From an uncultured Acidimicrobiia bacterium (GTDB taxonomy: Bacteria; Actinomycetota; Acidimicrobiia; IMCC26256; JAENVU01): 64,000 nt of DNA. Below the pieces are notes generated by a model that was not told the DNA's origin, ran no database searches, and saw nothing but the letters and a program-made list of their open reading frames with translations. The stretch covers positions 432,681 to 496,680 of the forward strand of contig CAVYOO010000003.1 of assembly GCA_963770095.1 (NCBI GenBank), read 5' to 3'. The position numbers and the translations under genes are program-made. Shown here piece by piece: positions 29,839 to 39,708 of the stretch. Each line of letters starts with the position of its first letter. The stretch's first letter is position 1.

Positions 29839-31760
29839 GTGACCCAGCGACGCCGCATCCTCCTGCTCGGCATCCTCTTCGCCGTGATCGCCGCGTTCGT
29901 CATCGCGCGCGTGGTGGACCGAGGCAGCGTCGCGGCGCACGATCGACCTGGCCGCGTTCGAACAACGACTGGCGGACGGCACGGTGCGGACGGTGACCCT
30001 CCTGGACCGGGACCACGTGGTCCAGGGCGATCTGACGAACGGAACGAAGTACCGGAGCCGGTTCCCCGAGCAGTACACGGACGAGATCACCCGCGATATC
30101 CGCCGTTCCGGCGTGCGCGACTTCGATGTCGACGGGCAGGGCCAGAGCCCCTGGGTCTCCGGGTTGTTGAGCCTGCTCCCGTTCCTGCTCGTCGTCGGCA
30201 TCGTCTTCTGGTTCATGAGCCGGGCCCAGGGCGGGGGCCGCGGGATCCTCGGCTTCGGCCGGTCGCGCGCGAAGCCCGTCGGGAAGGACCGACCGTCCGT
30301 GACCTTCGCGGACGTCGCCGGACTGGACGAGGCGGTCGAGGAGCTCGGCGAGATCAAAGAGTTCCTCACTGCACCGGCGCGCTTCGAGGACCTGGGCGCG
30401 AAGATCCCCAAGGGCGTGCTCCTGTTCGGTCCGCCCGGCACCGGCAAGACGCTGCTCGCGAAGGCGGTGGCGGGTGAGGCCGGCGTCCCGTTCTTCTCGA
30501 TCAGCGGCTCGGACTTCGTCGAGATGTTCGTCGGGGTCGGCGCGTCGAGAGTCCGGGACCTCTTCACGAAGGCGAAGGAGGCGGCACCCGCGATCGTGTT
30601 CGTCGACGAGATCGACGCGGTCGGTCGGCATCGGGGCGCGGGCGTGGGTGGCGGCCACGACGAGCGGGAGCAGACGCTCAACCAGCTCCTCGTCGAGATG
30701 GACGGCTTCGACCCGAAGACCGGAGTGATCCTGCTCGCGTCGACGAACCGCCCGGACATCCTCGATCCCGCGTTGCTGCGCCCCGGGCGCTTCGACCGCC
30801 AGATCGTCGTGGACCGCCCCGACCTCGAGGGCCGCAAGGCGATCCTCGCGGTGCACGCCCGGGGGAAGCCGCTCGCGGACGGGGTGGACCTCACCGTGAT
30901 CGCGCGCCGCACGCCGGGCTTCACGGGTGCCGACCTGGCGAACCTCGTCAACGAAGCCGCGTTGCTCGCCGGTCGGCGCGGACTCGACCGGATCGGTGTG
31001 CACCAGCTGGAAGAGGCAATCGACCGGGTGATGGCCGGGCCCGAGCGCCGCAGCCGACTCATCTCCGACGGCGAGAAGCGGGTGATCGCCTACCACGAGG
31101 GCGGGCACGCGCTCGTCGAGCCACGCGCTGCCGCACACCGACCCGGTGCACAAGGTGTCGATCATCCCGCGCGGCCGCGCCCTCGGGTACACGCTGACCC
31201 TGCCGACCGAGGACCGGTTCCTCGTCCGCCGCAGCGAGCTGGTGGACGAGCTCGCGATGCTGCTCGGTGGCCGGTCGGCCGAAGAGCTGATCTTCGAGGA
31301 CCCGACCACCGGCGCGCAGAACGACATCGAGCGTGCGACGACGATCGCCCGCCAGATGGTCACCGAGTACGGGATGAGCGAGCGGCTCGGCCCGCGCCGC
31401 TTCGGCCACCCGCAGGGTGAGGTCTTCCTCGGTCGGGACTTGACCTCGACACCGGACTACTCCGACGAGATCGCGGCCAGCATCGACGACGAGGTGCGGG
31501 TGCTCATCGACGGTGCCCACGACGTCGCCCGGAAGATCCTGACCGAGAACCGGGTTGCCCTGGACCGGCTGGCCGACGCCCTGATCGAGCACGAAACCCT
31601 CGAAGCCGACCACGTCCGCGAGGTCCTCGGCGACGTAGAACCATGGACGCACCCGCAGGACGCCGGGGGGACCCGGCCCTCGGCCGTCGCCACGAGCGAC
31701 CACACTTCACCGGGACCGGCCTCGCCGGGCCCACCCCCGAACGGGAGGACGACCCCTTGA
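29839..31760 (+). CDS. ftsH: ATP-dependent zinc metalloprotease FtsH, two frameshifts as given
   Basis: N-terminal [28 protein letters not shown] (frame 1). The AAA core [23 protein letters not shown]...[11 protein letters not shown]...[19 protein letters not shown] and HEGGHALV are in frame 2. [15 protein letters not shown]... to the stop is in frame 0. Switches at about 29930 and about 31118. Confidence 0.9.
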
Positions 31761-32386
31761 CCGACCCCAATCCGCTGCACGCCGTCCCCGAAGTCGGCCG
31801 GCCGCACCCGGTGGACAAGGCCCGGATCGAGCGGGCGGTGCGCGAGATCCTCGAGGCGATCGGCGAGGACCCGGCCCGGGATGGGCTCGAGCGCACCCCG
31901 GCGCGGGTCGCGGCGATGTACGAGGAGATCTTCTCGGGTCTGCACGAGGACCCGAGCCGCCACCTCACCGTCACCTTCGAGGCGAACCACGACGAGATGG
32001 TGATGGTCCGCGACATCCCGCTGTTCAGCGCGTGTGAGCACCACCTGACCCCGTTCCACGGCATGGCCCACGTCGCGTACATCCCGGGTGACGACGGCCG
32101 CATCACCGGGCTCTCGAAGATCGCGCGCCTCGTGGAGGGCTACGCGCGCCGCCCCCAGGTGCAGGAGCGCCTGACCACCCAGATCGCCGATGCCCTCGTC
32201 GAGATCCTGAAGCCGAAGGGCGTGTTCGTCCTGATCCAGTGCGAGCACCTCTGCATGTCCATGCGGGGCGTCAAGAAGGCCGGATCGCTGACGGTGACCT
32301 CCGCCGTGCGGGGCCTGTTCAAGGACAATCCGGCCACCCGGGCCGAGGCGATCAGCTTCATCGGCCACCCGGGAAATCGCCTCTAG
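31757..32386 (+). CDS. folE: GTP cyclohydrolase I
   Basis: TTG 31757 overlaps the ftsH stop. [20 protein letters not shown] and [13 protein letters not shown] motifs. Confidence 0.9.
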   Translation: MTDPNPLHAVPEVGRPHPVDKARIERAVREILEAIGEDPARDGLERTPARVAAMYEEIFSGLHEDPSRHLTVTFEANHDEMVMVRDIPLFSACEHHLTPFHGMAHVAYIPGDDGRITGLSKIARLVEGYARRPQVQERLTTQIADALVEILKPKGVFVLIQCEHLCMSMRGVKKAGSLTVTSAVRGLFKDNPATRAEAISFIGHPGNRL

Positions 32387-32429
32387 CAGAGGGGCTTCGC
32401 GGCCTTCCCCCTGTACGCTGCCTGACCTG

Positions 32430-33254
32430 ATGTTCGACTGGGGCGAGGTCACGGGCGCGGTCATGGGCGTCGTCAACGTCACCCCGGATTCCTTCTCCGA
32501 CGGAGGTCTGTACCTCCATCCCGACGCGGCGATCGCGCACGGGCTCGAGCTGGCCGAATCGGGTGCGGCCGTGCTCGACGTCGGTGGTGAATCGACCCGG
32601 CCGGGCGCGGCGCCCGTCACCGCGCCGGAGGAGGCCGCCCGGGTGATTCCGGTCATTCGCGCCCTCGCCGACGGCTCGTCCGTGCCGGTGAGCATCGACA
32701 CGACGAAGGCATCGGTCGCCGCCCGCGCGCTCGAAGCCGGCGCGTCGATCGTGAACGACGTCTCCGCGGGTCGCAACGACCCGGACCTGTTGCGGGTCGT
32801 TGCCGAGGCCGGTGCGGGATACGTCGCCATGCACATGCAGGGCGAGCCGCGCACGATGCAGCTCGACCCGAGCTACGACGACGTGGTGCGTGAAGTAGCC
32901 GACTTCCTCACCGAGCGGCTCGACGTGGCGGCCGGCGCGGGCATCGCGCGCGAGTCGCTCATGGCCGACCCGGGCATCGGCTTCGGCAAGACGGGCGCGC
33001 ACAACCTCACCCTGCTCGCGGGCACTGCCGCGCTGGCCGAGCGGGTCGGCGCGCCGATACTCGTCGGTGCGTCGCGCAAGACGTTCATCGGTCGGCTGCT
33101 CGGTGTCGACGACCCTCCGGGCCGGGACGACGGCACGCTCGCCACCGTCGTCTGGGCCCTCGATCAGGGAGCAACGATGGTCCGGGTCCACGACGTGCGC
33201 AGCGCGACCCGTGCCGCCGCACTCCTGTCCGCTCTCGAAGGAGCCGCCGCGTGA
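32430..33254 (+). CDS. folP: Dihydropteroate synthase
   Basis: VMGVVNVTPDSFSDGG, LDVGGESTRPGA, DPGIGFGKT. Confidence 0.92.
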   Translation: MFDWGEVTGAVMGVVNVTPDSFSDGGLYLHPDAAIAHGLELAESGAAVLDVGGESTRPGAAPVTAPEEAARVIPVIRALADGSSVPVSIDTTKASVAARALEAGASIVNDVSAGRNDPDLLRVVAEAGAGYVAMHMQGEPRTMQLDPSYDDVVREVADFLTERLDVAAGAGIARESLMADPGIGFGKTGAHNLTLLAGTAALAERVGAPILVGASRKTFIGRLLGVDDPPGRDDGTLATVVWALDQGATMVRVHDVRSATRAAALLSALEGAAA

Positions 33255-33267
33255 AGAGGAACCTGCT

Positions 33268-33813
33268 GTGACGACGTTGCGGGGTCGGTGGGCCCAGGGC
33301 CTGGAGCCGCGGTTCTTCTGCTGGATCGTACGGGACCGCCTCGCGGCGTCCGAACGTCCCGGCGGGTTCGCGCGCAGCCACCGCAAGATCCGCCGCCAGG
33401 AAGAGCTGATCTGGCTCGGCCAGAACGGGTTCACGCGTGTGATCTCGATGCTCGACTCGACCCACAACCTGCAGGCGTACGAAGAGGCGGGCATTCCGTA
33501 CGAGCACGTTCCGCTCGGCCGGCGTGACGAGCTCGGTGACCGGCTCCCCTTGATCTACGAGGCGATCGCCCGACGGATCGACGTACCGACCGAGAAGGTG
33601 CTCCTCCACAGCGAGGAGTTCGGCGACCGCCTGCTCGGCGTGATCGCCGGCTACCTCATGTACTCGGGTCTCGTCGACGAGGGTCCGCAGGCGATCGTCA
33701 CCGCCGAGCGGCTCGCCGGTCGGGAGCTCGGCGCCACGGGCCGCGAGATCGTTGCGGTCACCGTGGACGAGAACATCGTCCGGCAGTCGCGCGCGGCGCG
33801 CTCGGACTCCTGA
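33268..33813 (+). CDS. Dual-specificity-phosphatase-like protein with Ser at the catalytic Cys position
   Basis: GTG 33268. DSP-like blocks FCWIVRDRLAASERPG, NGFTRVISML, YEEAGIPYEHVPLGRRDE and P-loop-like VLLHSEEFGDRLLGVIAGYLMYSG (S-x5-R instead of C-x5-R). Inserted between folP and folB. Confidence 0.55.
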   Translation: MTTLRGRWAQGLEPRFFCWIVRDRLAASERPGGFARSHRKIRRQEELIWLGQNGFTRVISMLDSTHNLQAYEEAGIPYEHVPLGRRDELGDRLPLIYEAIARRIDVPTEKVLLHSEEFGDRLLGVIAGYLMYSGLVDEGPQAIVTAERLAGRELGATGREIVAVTVDENIVRQSRAARSDS

Positions 33814-33816
33814 CGC

Positions 33817-34167
33817 ATGGGCAAGATCATCGTGATGGGCCTGCGCGAGCTGGGGGTCCACGGCGTGCTCCCGGAGGAGCAGAGCCGGCCGCAACCGTTC
33901 GAGGTGGACGTCGAGCTCGAGGTGGACCTCGGCCCGGCGGGCCAGAGTGACAACCTCGATGACACCGTCGACTACTCGGCGGTCTCCGAGGCGGTGAGCC
34001 GCGTGGTCAAGAACGAGCGTTACCAGCTGCTCGAGCGACTCGCCACGCGCATCGGCGAGGTGTGCCGCACCGACGACCGGGTGAGCGCGGTCACGGTCAC
34101 GGTGCGCAAGCTCCACCCACCGGTGCGGGCCATGCTGGATCACGTCGCGGTCCGCGTCACGGTGTGA
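33817..34167 (+). CDS. folB: Dihydroneopterin aldolase
   Basis: 116 aa; GVLPEEQSRPQPFEVDVEL...DDTVDYSAV...LLERLA pattern; sits between folP and folK. Confidence 0.88.
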   Translation: MGKIIVMGLRELGVHGVLPEEQSRPQPFEVDVELEVDLGPAGQSDNLDDTVDYSAVSEAVSRVVKNERYQLLERLATRIGEVCRTDDRVSAVTVTVRKLHPPVRAMLDHVAVRVTV

Positions 34168-34634
34168 CCCGGGCCTACCTCGGGCTCGGCTCGAATCTCG
34201 GGGATCGGCTCGAGCACCTCCAACGGGCGCTGGACGCGCTCGGAGCAGCCGACGGGATCGAGGTCGTCGCGGTCTCGTCGGTGTACGAGACGGCGCCCGT
34301 CGGTGGGCCGGCGCAGGACGACTTCCTCAACGCGGTGGTGGCAGTCGACACCGATCTCGCTCCGCCGGCGCTCCTCGCCGTCGGCATGACGCTCGAAGCG
34401 CGCGAGTCCCGGGTCCGGACGGTCCGCTGGGGCCCGCGCACGCTGGACGTCGACATCCTCCTGTACGGGGACGAGCACGTCGACGCGCCCGATCTCCAGA
34501 TCCCGCACCCGAGGATGCACGAACGCGGCTTCGTGTTGGCGCCCCTGCACGACGTGGCGCCGGATCGGGCGGAACGACCGCCGGAGGGCTGGCCGGGGGT
34601 CACGCGGACGTCGCTACGATTGCTGCTCCCCTGA
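34164..34634 (+). CDS. folK: 2-amino-4-hydroxy-6-hydroxymethyldihydropteridine diphosphokinase
   Basis: GTG 34164 overlaps the folB stop. AYLGLGSNLGDR, WGPRTLDVDILLYG, IPHPRMHERGFVLAPL. Confidence 0.9.
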   Translation: MTRAYLGLGSNLGDRLEHLQRALDALGAADGIEVVAVSSVYETAPVGGPAQDDFLNAVVAVDTDLAPPALLAVGMTLEARESRVRTVRWGPRTLDVDILLYGDEHVDAPDLQIPHPRMHERGFVLAPLHDVAPDRAERPPEGWPGVTRTSLRLLLP

Positions 34635-34695
34635 TCCCGTGCCGGACGGCACAGGTCCGGACCTGCGGGCCGGAACCGCAACGGAAGGGACTGCT

Positions 34696-35502
34696 GTGAA
34701 CGGCGTTGACGAGACGGGTGCGCTGGCGCTCGTCGGTCCCGGGCGGGCCGGCACCACCATCGCCGCCGCCCTCCAGGACCAGGGGTGGCGAATCGTCGGG
34801 GTGGCGGGGCGCAGCCCGGAATCGCCGAGCACCCGCGCGGCCGCGGTCCGGTTCGGCGCGGCGGCGGTGACGGTGGAGGCAGCCGCGACCGACGCGGACC
34901 TCGTGATCGTGGCGACGCCGGACGCCGTAATCGAAGCGGTCGCAGCCGTCCTCGCGTCCAACGTCCGACCGGGAGCGCTCGTCATCCATCTGTCCGGCGC
35001 GCGCGGACTCGACGCGCTCAGGGCGATACCGGAACGCATCGGCGCGCTGCACCCGCTGCAGACCTTGCCGTCAGCCGAAGTGGGCGGGGAACGTCTGGCC
35101 GGCTCGTGGTGCGCAGTCTCCGGGGACCCTCAAGTCGCGACGCTGGCCGAGTCGATCAACCTGCGCCCGATCGAGCTCGAGGATGCAGATCGCGCCCGCT
35201 ATCACGCGGCCGCGTGCATCGCGTCGAACCATCTGGTGGCGCTGCTCGATCAGGTCGCGGCCGTGGCTCCGATCCCGTTCGAGGCGTACCTTCCGCTGGT
35301 GTGGGCGACCGTGGAGAACGTCGCGACCCTCGGTCCGCGGGCGGCGCTGACCGGCCCGGTCGCGCGCGGTGACGTGGAGACCGTCCGTCGCCATCTCGAA
35401 GCGCTCGAGCCTTCCGAGCGCGGCGCGTACCGCGCGCTGGCCCGCCGGGCCCACCAACTCGGTGGGCGATCCGATCCCGAGCTCGACGCGGTGTTGCGAT
35501 GA
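34696..35502 (+). CDS. Rossmann-fold / DUF2520 protein (Rv3603c-like)
   Basis: GGAAGGGA Shine-Dalgarno before GTG 34696. LALVGPGRAGTTIAAAL dinucleotide-binding motif, C-terminal TGPVARGDVETVRRHL, and the conserved position upstream of panC. Confidence 0.75.
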   Translation: MNGVDETGALALVGPGRAGTTIAAALQDQGWRIVGVAGRSPESPSTRAAAVRFGAAAVTVEAAATDADLVIVATPDAVIEAVAAVLASNVRPGALVIHLSGARGLDALRAIPERIGALHPLQTLPSAEVGGERLAGSWCAVSGDPQVATLAESINLRPIELEDADRARYHAAACIASNHLVALLDQVAAVAPIPFEAYLPLVWATVENVATLGPRAALTGPVARGDVETVRRHLEALEPSERGAYRALARRAHQLGGRSDPELDAVLR

Positions 35503-36413
35503 TCGTCGTCGAGCGGGTTCGGACCCTGCGTGAGCATTGTGAGCAGGCGCGCCGGTCCGGTCTCACCGTCGGGCTCGTGCCGACCATGGGCTACTTCCAC
35601 GAAGGGCACCGGTCGCTCATGCGTGCCGCTCGCGACGCCACCGATCTCGTCGTCGTGACCCTGTTCGTCAATCCCACCCAGTTCGGGCCGAACGAAGACC
35701 TCGCCGCGTACCCCCGGGACCTCGACGGTGACGCTGCGGTCGCAACGGCCGAAGGCGTCGACGTCCTGTTCTCACCGCCGGTCGAGGACATGTACCCCGA
35801 CGGGTCACCGCGCACGGCCGTACACGTGGCCGGGCTGACCGAGGGACTCTGCGGCGCCGCCCGGCCGGTGCACTTCGACGGCGTCACCACGGTCGTCACC
35901 AAGCTGTTCTCGATCGTGGGCCCGTCGATCGCCTTCTTCGGACGCAAGGACTACCAGCAGCTCGCGGTGATCCGGCAGATGGCGCGCGATCTCGATCTCC
36001 CGGTGGAGGTGCGCGGCTGCCCACTCGTCCGCGAAGCCGACGGCGTCGCGATGTCGAGCCGGAACGCGTACCTGAGCGACGACGAGCGAGCCGCAGCGCG
36101 CGCGCTGTCCGAGGCGCTCCAGGCCGCGGTGACGGCCGCCGAGGGAGGCGAGCGCAGCTCGCGCGCGATCGAGACGCGAGTCCGTTCGATCGTCGGCGAA
36201 CAGCGGCTCGTGGCGCTCGAGTACGCCGAGGTGCGGGACGCGCGGACGCTCGAACCTCGTGACGAGCTCGCCGGCGAGCTCGTCCTGGCGGTCGCGGCCA
36301 GGGTCGGCCGGGCCCGGCTGATCGACAATGTGGTCCTCCGGGTGGACGGCCCCCGGGTCGAGGCGGACCTCGGGGTCCGGGTGGGCGAGCGCAGCACCCG
36401 TCAGGTTCCGTAA
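35499..36413 (+). CDS. panC: Pantoate--beta-alanine ligase
   Basis: GLVPTMGYFHEGHRSLM, FVNPTQFGPNEDL, FGRKDYQQ, AMSSRN. Confidence 0.92.
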   Translation: MIVVERVRTLREHCEQARRSGLTVGLVPTMGYFHEGHRSLMRAARDATDLVVVTLFVNPTQFGPNEDLAAYPRDLDGDAAVATAEGVDVLFSPPVEDMYPDGSPRTAVHVAGLTEGLCGAARPVHFDGVTTVVTKLFSIVGPSIAFFGRKDYQQLAVIRQMARDLDLPVEVRGCPLVREADGVAMSSRNAYLSDDERAAARALSEALQAAVTAAEGGERSSRAIETRVRSIVGEQRLVALEYAEVRDARTLEPRDELAGELVLAVAARVGRARLIDNVVLRVDGPRVEADLGVRVGERSTRQVP

Positions 36414-36423
36414 CCTCTCGCCA

Positions 36424-38013
36424 ATGGCCGACCTCCTCGTTCTGGGCAGTGGCATCGCGGGACTCTCCGCCGCGATCCACGCGGCCCGCAGCGGCCTGTC
36501 CGTCGTCGTCCTCACCAAGGGGGAGCTCGCGCTCTCGGCCACCCGGTACGCGCAGGGTGGGGTTGCGGCCGCACTCGAAGCGCCCGACTCCGCGGAGCTG
36601 CACCTGTCGGACACGCTGGCGGCGGGAGCCGGGTTGTGCGACGCCGACGCCGTGAAGGTGCTCGTCACCGAGGGGCCGGGTCGCGTCCGCGACCTCATGG
36701 CGCTCGGCGCGGTGTTCGACCGTACCGGCGACGGTTCGACCGCCGCGCTCGCGCTCGCACGCGAGGGCGGTCACTCGGTCTCACGGGTCGTGCACGCGGG
36801 CGGCGACGCGACCGGCGCGGAGATCGAGCGTGCGCTGGTGGCCGCGGTGCATTCGCTGGATCTCGTCGAGATCCGCGAGCGGTGCTTCGCGGTCGACCTG
36901 ATCGTCGAGCATGGTCGATGCGTCGGAGTGAGGGCTCTCGATACGAGCGGGGCTGCGATGGACATCCGGGCGCACGACACGATCGTCGCGACCGGCGGCG
37001 CGGGCCAGCTGTTCGCGGTGACCACGAATCCGCTCGTGTCGACCGGCGATGGGATCGCGCTCAGCCTCCGTGCCGGCGCGGCGGTGGCGGACGTCGAGTT
37101 CATGCAGTTCCACCCGACGGCGCTCCACCACCCGTCGATGCCGCGCCCGCTGCTGTCGGAGGCGCTCCGAGGTGAGGGTGCGGTGCTACGCGACGAGCAC
37201 GGCGTTGCGTTCATGGCCGATGACCACCCGCTCGCGGATCTCGCCCCTCGGGATGTCGTGTCGCGGGCGATCGCGCGCCGGCTCGTCGACCGCGGGCTCG
37301 ACAACCTGTGGCTGGACACGACCGGGATCCCGGAGTTCCCGGACCGGTTCCCGACGATCTGGCAGTCCGCGCAGAGCGTCGGCCTCGATCCACGTCGCGA
37401 CTGGCTGCCGGTGGCGCCCGCCGCGCACTACCTCTGTGGGGGCGTGGCGACGGACCTCGACGGCGCCTCGACACTGCCGGGACTCTGGTCCTGTGGTGAG
37501 GCGGCGTGCTCGGGCGTCCACGGCGCCAACCGGCTGGCTTCGAACTCGCTTCTCGACGGGCTCGTCTTCGCCCCGCGTGCGGTCGACGCGATCATGGCCG
37601 GCAAGGACGGTCCCGAACCGACCGGCGTGTTGCGATCGGGACACCGCGAGGTCTCGTCCGTGGCGGAGGTCGGGCGGGCAGCTCGTGCCGGTTCCATCGC
37701 GATCGCGGAGCTCCAGCGGGTGATGACGGCAGGAGCCGGGGTGCTGCGCAACCGCGCGAGCTTGCAGGGCGTCCTCGACGCGCTGCCGTTCGACGTCCGA
37801 GCCGATGACCCGGAAACCCACGAGCTGCGCAACCTGCTGACGGTCGGCCGGGTTCTGGTCCGTGCCGCGCTCGCCCGGGAGGAGTCGCGCGGCACCCACA
37901 CGAGACTGGACTTCCCCGAGCGGTCGAATGAGCTGCTCGGACGGTTCTTCGACGTCGGAGGGCAGCTGAGCTTTCATCCCCTGCCCGTCGAGGTCCGGCA
38001 GCCGAGCGCATGA
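36424..38013 (+). CDS. nadB: L-aspartate oxidase
   Basis: ATG 36424. LVLGSGIAGLSAA FAD motif, RYAQGGVAAAL, MQFHPTAL, SEALRGEGAVL, GANRLASNSLLDGLVF. Confidence 0.92.
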   Translation: MADLLVLGSGIAGLSAAIHAARSGLSVVVLTKGELALSATRYAQGGVAAALEAPDSAELHLSDTLAAGAGLCDADAVKVLVTEGPGRVRDLMALGAVFDRTGDGSTAALALAREGGHSVSRVVHAGGDATGAEIERALVAAVHSLDLVEIRERCFAVDLIVEHGRCVGVRALDTSGAAMDIRAHDTIVATGGAGQLFAVTTNPLVSTGDGIALSLRAGAAVADVEFMQFHPTALHHPSMPRPLLSEALRGEGAVLRDEHGVAFMADDHPLADLAPRDVVSRAIARRLVDRGLDNLWLDTTGIPEFPDRFPTIWQSAQSVGLDPRRDWLPVAPAAHYLCGGVATDLDGASTLPGLWSCGEAACSGVHGANRLASNSLLDGLVFAPRAVDAIMAGKDGPEPTGVLRSGHREVSSVAEVGRAARAGSIAIAELQRVMTAGAGVLRNRASLQGVLDALPFDVRADDPETHELRNLLTVGRVLVRAALAREESRGTHTRLDFPERSNELLGRFFDVGGQLSFHPLPVEVRQPSA

Positions 38014-38852
38014 TCCGCGACCTCGATCCTCCGTTCACCGCGATGCGCGAGGTGGTGGCACGCGCGCTGGCCGAGGACTTCGGCCTGCTGGGCGACCTGA
38101 CGTCGCTTGCCGTCATCGACGAGTCCGCGACCACGACCGGGAAGTTCGTCGCTCGCAACGAGGGGGTGCTGGCCGGCACCGCGGCCGCGACGGAGACGTT
38201 CGCGCACATGGACCCGGCGGTGCGGGTGGAATGGCATCTTCGCGACGGTGACGCGGTGCTCCCGGGTCAGGTCCTCGGCGACATCAATGGCCCCTTGCGT
38301 TCGGTGCTCGGTGGCGAGCGCACCGCGCTCAACCTGCTGCAGCACTGCTCAGGGATTGCCACCACCACGCGGCGATACGTGCGCGCCGCGCGCGGCAAGG
38401 CTCGAATCCGCGACACCCGCAAGACCCTCCCCGGCCTCCGGGCCCTGGAGAAGGCGGCGGTCCGAGCGGGCGGGGGCTTCAACCACCGCGAATCCCTCTC
38501 CGACGCGATCCTGATCAAGGACAACCACCTCGCCCACCTGGATCTCCGCCAGGCGGTGGAACGGGCGCGGGCGCGTTGGCCGGGACGTTTCGTGGAGGTG
38601 GAGTGCGACACGCTCGACCAGGTCGGCGAAGCGGTCGCGGCCCGGGCGGACCTGGTGCTGCTCGACAACATGAGTCCCGAGCAGGCCAGTGAAGCGATCC
38701 TGGTCATCGACGGGATGGTGCCCGTAGAAGTCTCCGGGCGCATCTCGCTGGAGAGCATCGGCGCGTACGCCCAGGCGGGCGTCGACTACATCTCGGTCGG
38801 CGCCATCACCCACTCGGCCCCGGCGCTCGACATCGCGCTCGATCTCGACTGA
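38010..38852 (+). CDS. nadC: Nicotinate-nucleotide diphosphorylase (quinolinate phosphoribosyltransferase)
   Basis: 4-nt overlap with nadB. ERTALNLLQHCSGIAT, IRDTRKTLPGLR, GGGFNHRESLSDAILIKDNH. Confidence 0.92.
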   Translation: MIRDLDPPFTAMREVVARALAEDFGLLGDLTSLAVIDESATTTGKFVARNEGVLAGTAAATETFAHMDPAVRVEWHLRDGDAVLPGQVLGDINGPLRSVLGGERTALNLLQHCSGIATTTRRYVRAARGKARIRDTRKTLPGLRALEKAAVRAGGGFNHRESLSDAILIKDNHLAHLDLRQAVERARARWPGRFVEVECDTLDQVGEAVAARADLVLLDNMSPEQASEAILVIDGMVPVEVSGRISLESIGAYAQAGVDYISVGAITHSAPALDIALDLD

Positions 38853-38864
38853 CGGAAGCGGATC

Positions 38865-39632
38865 ATGCTGCTCGCGATCGACACCGGGAACACGCAAACC
38901 GTCATCGGCTTGTTCGACGGCGCGGAGCTTGCCGACCACTGGCGCATCGCAACCATCGCCTCGCGCACCTCGGATGAGCTTGCGCTCATGATCCAACAGT
39001 TCCTCGGGTTCCATGGCTTCTCGTTCGACGCGCAGGTGACCGGAGTCGCGATCGCGTCGGGCGTTCCGAGCGTGACTGCCGCGTTGCGCGAGATGACGAA
39101 GCGTTACTTCGGGTTCGAGGCGCTCGTGCTGGAGCCCGGTGTGCGCACGGGAATGCCGATCCTCTACGACAACCCGAAGGAGGTCGGCGCCGACCGGATT
39201 GCGAACGCCGTTGCGGCATACGACGGCTACGGTGGACCGACGATCGTCGTGGACTTCGGAACCGCGAACACGATCGAAGCCATCAGCGCAAAGGGTGAAT
39301 ACCTTGGCGGCGCGATCTTCCCCGGCATCGAGATCTCGATGGACGCGCTCTTCGGGCGCGCGGCGGCGCTGCGCCGAGTTGAGCTCGTACCGCCCAAGAA
39401 CGTCATCGGCAAGACGACCGTCGAGTCGATCCAGTCGGGCTCGGTGTACGGCTTCAGCGGTCAGGTCGATGCCATCGTCGACCGGTTCCAGGACGAGCTG
39501 GGGGACTGCACCGTGATCGCCACCGGTGGCCTGGCCGAGCTGATCCTCCCCTTCTCCCGCACGATCCAGCATCACGAGCCGTGGCTGACGTTGCGCGGAC
39601 TGCAGATCGTCTTCGAGAGGAACCGTCCGTGA
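38865..39632 (+). CDS. coaX: Type III pantothenate kinase
   Basis: MLLAIDTGNTQTVIGLF, VGADRIANAVAA, VDFGTANT, ATGGLA. Confidence 0.9.
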   Translation: MLLAIDTGNTQTVIGLFDGAELADHWRIATIASRTSDELALMIQQFLGFHGFSFDAQVTGVAIASGVPSVTAALREMTKRYFGFEALVLEPGVRTGMPILYDNPKEVGADRIANAVAAYDGYGGPTIVVDFGTANTIEAISAKGEYLGGAIFPGIEISMDALFGRAAALRRVELVPPKNVIGKTTVESIQSGSVYGFSGQVDAIVDRFQDELGDCTVIATGGLAELILPFSRTIQHHEPWLTLRGLQIVFERNRP

Positions 39633-39708
39633 TCGCCGCGGGGACCGCGAGCTCTGGCGGCCGCTCGACCCACGGGGCGTGGCCCCGGCGGCCCCGGGCG
39701 TGGGAACG

